Shown here piece after piece: positions 14,434 through 17,968 of a DNA stretch of 17,968 nucleotides; within the stretch, counting starts at the first letter, position 1; every line of letters starts with the position of its first letter. This DNA comes from Vicinamibacterales bacterium (GTDB lineage Bacteria; Acidobacteriota; Vicinamibacteria; Vicinamibacterales; CAVVIG01): the NCBI GenBank assembly GCA_035315685.1, contig DATFXR010000157.1, positions 1-17,968 of the forward strand, given 5' to 3'. The notes beneath the pieces were generated by a model. That model did not search any database. It worked only from the letters and a program-made list of their open reading frames with translations, and was not told the origin of the DNA. The translations under genes were made by a program, and so were the position numbers.

Positions 14434-14469
14434 GGACGCAAGCCAGTCCGCCTGGAAAGGACAGACGTC

Positions 14470-16278
14470 ATGCTCTCGCTGGTCTGGGAACACCTCTGGT
14501 TCTTCGTCGTGGCGGCCCCGCTCATCGTCATCGGGCTCGCCGTCGTCGCGTCCAGCGTCCGCATCGTCGGTGCGAACGAGTCGGGCCTGGTCGTCAAGCG
14601 GTTCGGGCCGGCGCTCGCCTCGGGCCGCATCGTCGCGCTCAACGGCGAAGCGGGGTATCAGGCGCGCATGCTGGCGCCGGGATGGCATTTCTTCCTGTGG
14701 CGTGTGCGCTATCGCGTGTACAAGGTGCCGACCGTTGTCGTGCGCCCTGGTGAGATCGCGCTCGTCGTGGCGGCTGACGGGGCCGCGATGCCGAGCGAGC
14801 GGGTGCTCGGCAAGGCGGTCGTCTGCAACAACTTCCAGGATGCGGAGGCGTTCCTCACCAACGGCGGCGAGCGCGGCCGGCAAATCATGGTACTGACCGC
14901 TGGTACCTACCGCATCAACCCGGCGCTGTTCGACGTGATCACGACGGCGTCGGCCACGAAAACCGGCCTGACGCCGGCCGACCTGCGCGTCTACCAGGTG
15001 CAGACGGACCGCGTCGGCATCGTGACGATGCTCGACGGCCGGCCGATTCCGGCGGGTGATCTTGCCGGCCCCGTGGTACCGGGGCACGAGAGCTTCCAGC
15101 GCGGCCAGGCGTTCATCGATGCCGGCGGCTGCCGTGGTCTGCAGGAGGAAGTCCTGCTGTCCGGCTCGTGGAACCTGAACCCGTGGCTGGCGCAGGTGGA
15201 GCAGGTGCCGCTCGTCGAAGTGCCGATCGGCTACGTCGGCGTCGTCGTCAGCTACGTCGGCCGCGAGCATCTCGACGTCTCGGGCGAATCGTTCACGCAC
15301 GGCGACCTCGTGGAGCGCGGGCGCAAAGGCGTGTGGGTCGACCCGCTGCTGCCCGGCAAGCATCCGCTGAACACGAAAGTGATGAAGGTGGAGCTCGTCC
15401 CGACGACGAACATCGTGCTGAACTGGGCGCAGCGGACCGAGGCGCACCACTACGACGAACGGCTGTCGTCGATCATCGTGCGTTCGAAGGACGGCTTCTC
15501 GTTCAGCCTCGACGTCTCGCAGATCATCCACATCGGCATGCGCAACGCGCCGCGGGTGATCTCACGCGTCGGCTCGATGCAGAACCTCGTCGATCACGTG
15601 CTGCAGCCGACCGTCGGCAACTACTTCCGCAACTCGGCGCAGCAGGTGACGGTGCTCGAGTTCCTCTCGGCGCGCTCGGAGCGGCAGCGCAACGCGTTCG
15701 AGAACATCCGGACGGCGATCGAGGCGTACGACGTCGAGTGCATCGACACGCTGGTCGGCGACATCGCGCCGCCCGCGGACCTGATGAAGACGCAGACCGA
15801 CCGCAAAATCGCGGAGGAGCTCGAGCGCACCTACGAGGTCCAGCGCGAGGCGCAGATCAAGCGTCAGGCGCTCGAGCGTGAGACCGCGGTCGCGAACCTG
15901 CAGGGTGAAGTGGTGCGATCGGAGCAGATGGTGAAAGTCGCGCAGCAGGACGCGCTGGCAGCGGCCGAACGCGCCCGCGGCGAAGGCAGCGCGCTGGAGC
16001 TCCGCGCCCAGGGTCAGGCGGCGTCGGTCCGGCTGGCGGGTGATGCGGAAGCGGCGGCGCTGCGCGCGGTCGGCGCGGCGAAGGCGGAAGCGTACAAGCT
16101 CGGAGTCGCGGCGGTCGGCGAAAGCGGCTATACGGCGATGCAGATCGCGACAATCCTTGGCGAGCACCACGTGAAGGTCGTACCGGAGATCGCGGTGACT
16201 GGTGATGGCGCGGGTGCAGGAATGGCGAATGTGATGCTCGCGAAACTCGTCGCTGCTGCGGGTGAGAAAAAGAACTGA
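14470..16278 (+). CDS. flotillin-like SPFH/band-7 domain protein (YqiK-type)
   Basis: ATG 14470 follows AAAGGA. The N-terminal membrane anchor is LWFFVVAAPLIVIGLAVVASSV. The ~600-aa product ends in an Ala/Glu-rich coiled-coil region (EAQIKRQALERETAVANLQ...AERARGEGSALELRAQGQAA...), which is the flotillin signature. I prefer the 14470 start over the longer 14395 start because of the RBS and the TM position. Confidence 0.8.
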   Translation: MLSLVWEHLWFFVVAAPLIVIGLAVVASSVRIVGANESGLVVKRFGPALASGRIVALNGEAGYQARMLAPGWHFFLWRVRYRVYKVPTVVVRPGEIALVVAADGAAMPSERVLGKAVVCNNFQDAEAFLTNGGERGRQIMVLTAGTYRINPALFDVITTASATKTGLTPADLRVYQVQTDRVGIVTMLDGRPIPAGDLAGPVVPGHESFQRGQAFIDAGGCRGLQEEVLLSGSWNLNPWLAQVEQVPLVEVPIGYVGVVVSYVGREHLDVSGESFTHGDLVERGRKGVWVDPLLPGKHPLNTKVMKVELVPTTNIVLNWAQRTEAHHYDERLSSIIVRSKDGFSFSLDVSQIIHIGMRNAPRVISRVGSMQNLVDHVLQPTVGNYFRNSAQQVTVLEFLSARSERQRNAFENIRTAIEAYDVECIDTLVGDIAPPADLMKTQTDRKIAEELERTYEVQREAQIKRQALERETAVANLQGEVVRSEQMVKVAQQDALAAAERARGEGSALELRAQGQAASVRLAGDAEAAALRAVGAAKAEAYKLGVAAVGESGYTAMQIATILGEHHVKVVPEIAVTGDGAGAGMANVMLAKLVAAAGEKKN

Positions 16279-16279
16279 G

Positions 16280-16380
16280 ACATGGCTGATGGCTGATGGC
16301 TCATGGCAATGGCTGATGGTTGAAGCGTTCAGCCATCGACCCTAGCCATTAGCCATTAGCCATTAGCCATTAGCCATGTC
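16280..16380. repeat. palindromic element of 7-bp units: (ATGGCTG)-type left arm / (AGCCATT)x4 right arm, family 2
   Basis: Left arm 16280-16320: ACATGGCT GATGGCT GATGGCT CATGGCA ATGGCT GATGG. Right arm 16328-16380: TTCAGCCATCGACCCT AGCCATT AGCCATT AGCCATT AGCCATT AGCCATG TC. It fills exactly the gap between convergent stops (16278 and 16385). The mismatches between arms are systematically G (left) opposite T (right), which pair as G-U in the + strand RNA but as C/A in the - strand RNA. Confidence 0.85.
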
Positions 16381-16384
16381 GGTG

Positions 16385-17968
16385 TCACTGCGCGGTCGTG
16401 CTTTTTGTGCCCCGCGCTCGCCGCTGCTTCTCCACCATCGCCTGCACATCCGCCGCGAGCTTCTTCGCGTCGTAGGCGATGCCGTCCTTGATCGTCCACT
16501 TGATGCCGCCGACGCGCTCCACCTTGCCAGTCTTGTCGTTGAGGCGGATCGTGCCGTTGGCGTAGAGCACCTTGAAGTTCTGCAGAGGATTCTGATCGAC
16601 GATCACCATGTCGGCCAGCATCCCTTCGCGGACCAGGCCGAACTGCGGGATCTCCCTGGGCTTCTCGTCGGCAGCCCAGTACATCTGGTGCTTCAGCGGT
16701 TCGGTCAGCGTCGCCGCGCCATTGATGGTCGCCGACTGAATCACCTCGAGCGGGTGGAAGCCCGCTTCCTGCAGCAGCTCGAACTCGTTGATGTAGCCGA
16801 AGCCGTAGGTCTGGTAGATGAACCCGGAATCGGAACCGGTCGTGACCCGGCCGCCCATCTTCTTGTAGTCGTTCATCAGCTTGAACCACACCTGATAGAA
16901 GTTGCGGAACGCGACCTCGTCCTCGGTGGTCCAGTCGTACCAGTACGCGCCGTGGTTCTGGCGATCGGGCGTGTAGAAATCCATCAGCGACGGCAGTGTG
17001 AACTTGTCGTGCCACTCGGCGGCGCGGAAGCGCATCACGTCGCGTCCGGCGGAGTAGATCGTCAGCGTCGGATCGAACGTCGTGCCGAGCTTCAGATGTT
17101 CCTCGAGATACGCCTTCCACTCCGGGCTGCCCGGCGGATAGATCTTGTCCCACAGCCGCGCCACCTGGCCGAAACGATCCTGCTCGTTGTTGTAGTTCTG
17201 CGTCACCGGATACGGCTGGACGACGTAGTCCTTGAGTAGCGATTCGAAGTGGCCGTAGAAGTGCGTGACCGTGCCGAGCCCCATCCGTGCCGCTTTGATC
17301 GCGTTCACCTGCACCACGCCGGTCTGCTGCAGGTGGGCGACCGTGCCCATGCCGAGCCCCTTTGCGTCCTGACAGTAGACCTCCATCAGTTCCGGCCACT
17401 CGGCGCCGAGCTTGATCCCGTCGATGCCGTTCTCGTGCGCCCACTTGACCCATGCGTGCGCCTGCTCGACCGTCTGCGGAATGCCTTTGCCCCAGCCGCT
17501 GCCCGGACGCTGATAGTTCCAGATTCGCGGCGCGACGATCTCGTTGCGCGTGCTCCGTTCTTTCTCTTTCACCGCGAGCGCGTTGTCGGTGAGTGGCACA
17601 CCGCGCACCGTCGTCACGCCGTGGGCCAGCCACAGCTTGTATGGATACTCGGCGTCAGGATTCTTCGGCGCGCCACCTGCGTGCACGTGGAGATCGACGA
17701 AGCCGGGCATCACGTACATCCCGGTCGCGTCGATCTCGTGGTCGGCTTTCGGCTGGCGATCGGGACGCAGCGGCAGCCCGGGCGTGCCCGCATTGCGGAT
17801 CGCCGTAATGCGATTCTGATTGACGACGATGTCGACCGGGCCGCGCGGCGGACCGCCGGTGCCGTCGATCAGCATCGCGCCGCGAATCACCATGGTCGCG
17901 TACGGCCCGAACCCTTCGCCCTGCGCGCGCGGCGGCGCCGGCGTCAGCGTCTCGCGCGGCAGCGGCTG
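16385..17968 (-). CDS. amidohydrolase-family (metal-dependent hydrolase) protein; the frame is still open at the 3' window edge, so the N-terminus may lie outside
   Basis: GFVDLHVHAGG (HxH metal site) follows the typical N-terminal MVIRGAMLIDGTGGPPRGPVDIVV..ITAI...AT(A)G..DATG.YV.PG. ATG 17893 is a possible start, but the same frame has no stop up to the window end (..QPLPRETLTPAPPRAQGEGFGPYAT-MVIRGA..). The stop is at 16385. Confidence 0.8.
   Translation of the reverse strand, partial: QPLPRETLTPAPPRAQGEGFGPYATMVIRGAMLIDGTGGPPRGPVDIVVNQNRITAIRNAGTPGLPLRPDRQPKADHEIDATGMYVMPGFVDLHVHAGGAPKNPDAEYPYKLWLAHGVTTVRGVPLTDNALAVKEKERSTRNEIVAPRIWNYQRPGSGWGKGIPQTVEQAHAWVKWAHENGIDGIKLGAEWPELMEVYCQDAKGLGMGTVAHLQQTGVVQVNAIKAARMGLGTVTHFYGHFESLLKDYVVQPYPVTQNYNNEQDRFGQVARLWDKIYPPGSPEWKAYLEEHLKLGTTFDPTLTIYSAGRDVMRFRAAEWHDKFTLPSLMDFYTPDRQNHGAYWYDWTTEDEVAFRNFYQVWFKLMNDYKKMGGRVTTGSDSGFIYQTYGFGYINEFELLQEAGFHPLEVIQSATINGAATLTEPLKHQMYWAADEKPREIPQFGLVREGMLADMVIVDQNPLQNFKVLYANGTIRLNDKTGKVERVGGIKWTIKDGIAYDAKKLAADVQAMVEKQRRARGTKSTTAQ

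Noticed and set aside
14395-14469. Upstream start (ATG 14395) for the flotillin-like gene
   Set aside because: It would add 25 non-conserved residues. ATG 14470 has an AAAGGA SD and places the TM anchor at the N-terminus, as in YqiK homologs. The upstream start would also overlap the candidate promoter and dyad.
14380-15881. 383-aa minus-strand ORF and 237-aa + strand ORF overlapping the flotillin gene
   Set aside because: Low-complexity Arg/Asp-rich translations, inconsistent with the clearly SPFH/flotillin frame.
16356-17633. 425-aa minus-strand ORF overlapping the amidohydrolase in another frame, and the 287-aa + strand ORF 16376..17239
   Set aside because: Arg/Gly-rich low-complexity translations. 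The amidohydrolase frame carries the HxH metal-binding motif and family-typical N-terminus.

Overview
This is a high-GC (~68%) chromosomal stretch. Its gene content suggests Acidobacteria: a VWFA-related C-terminal protein, an ADOP-type permease remnant, a CRTAC1/ASPIC fragment and DUF2911/DUF4440 secreted proteins.

I support 14 protein-coding genes:
- a 5'-truncated VWA protein
- a secreted acetamidase/formamidase co-transcribed with a DUF4440 (NTF2-like) gene
- a tandem-glyoxalase (VOC) protein
- msrA
- hrpB
- a Hanks-type Ser/Thr kinase fused to a large multi-TM domain, followed directly by a stand-alone paralog of that TM domain
- a DUF2911-like secreted protein
- a truncated CRTAC1-family fragment
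- a sigma-54-dependent (NtrC/Fis-type) activator transcribed divergently from a flotillin/SPFH (YqiK-like) gene
- an amidohydrolase that runs off the 3' window edge

The unusual feature is the intergenic DNA. There are at least three sequence-unrelated families of ~100-bp palindromic elements whose arms are tandem 7-bp units: AATTAAG-type (twice, very AT-rich), ATGGCTG-type (twice) and CTGGGG-type. They sit at stop codons, abut start codons, fill gaps between convergent genes, and one sits at the junction between an ADOP-permease N-terminal remnant and a 5'-truncated CRTAC1 gene. A short run of the same heptamer also lies inside hrpB.

Two further short motif families recur in intergenic DNA: the GTAGTGTCCGGCTT...CCGGAC hairpin and a 27/28-nt GCGTAGC...CAGCCGAGCGA motif.

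The many long ORFs antisense to real genes are high-GC artefacts.
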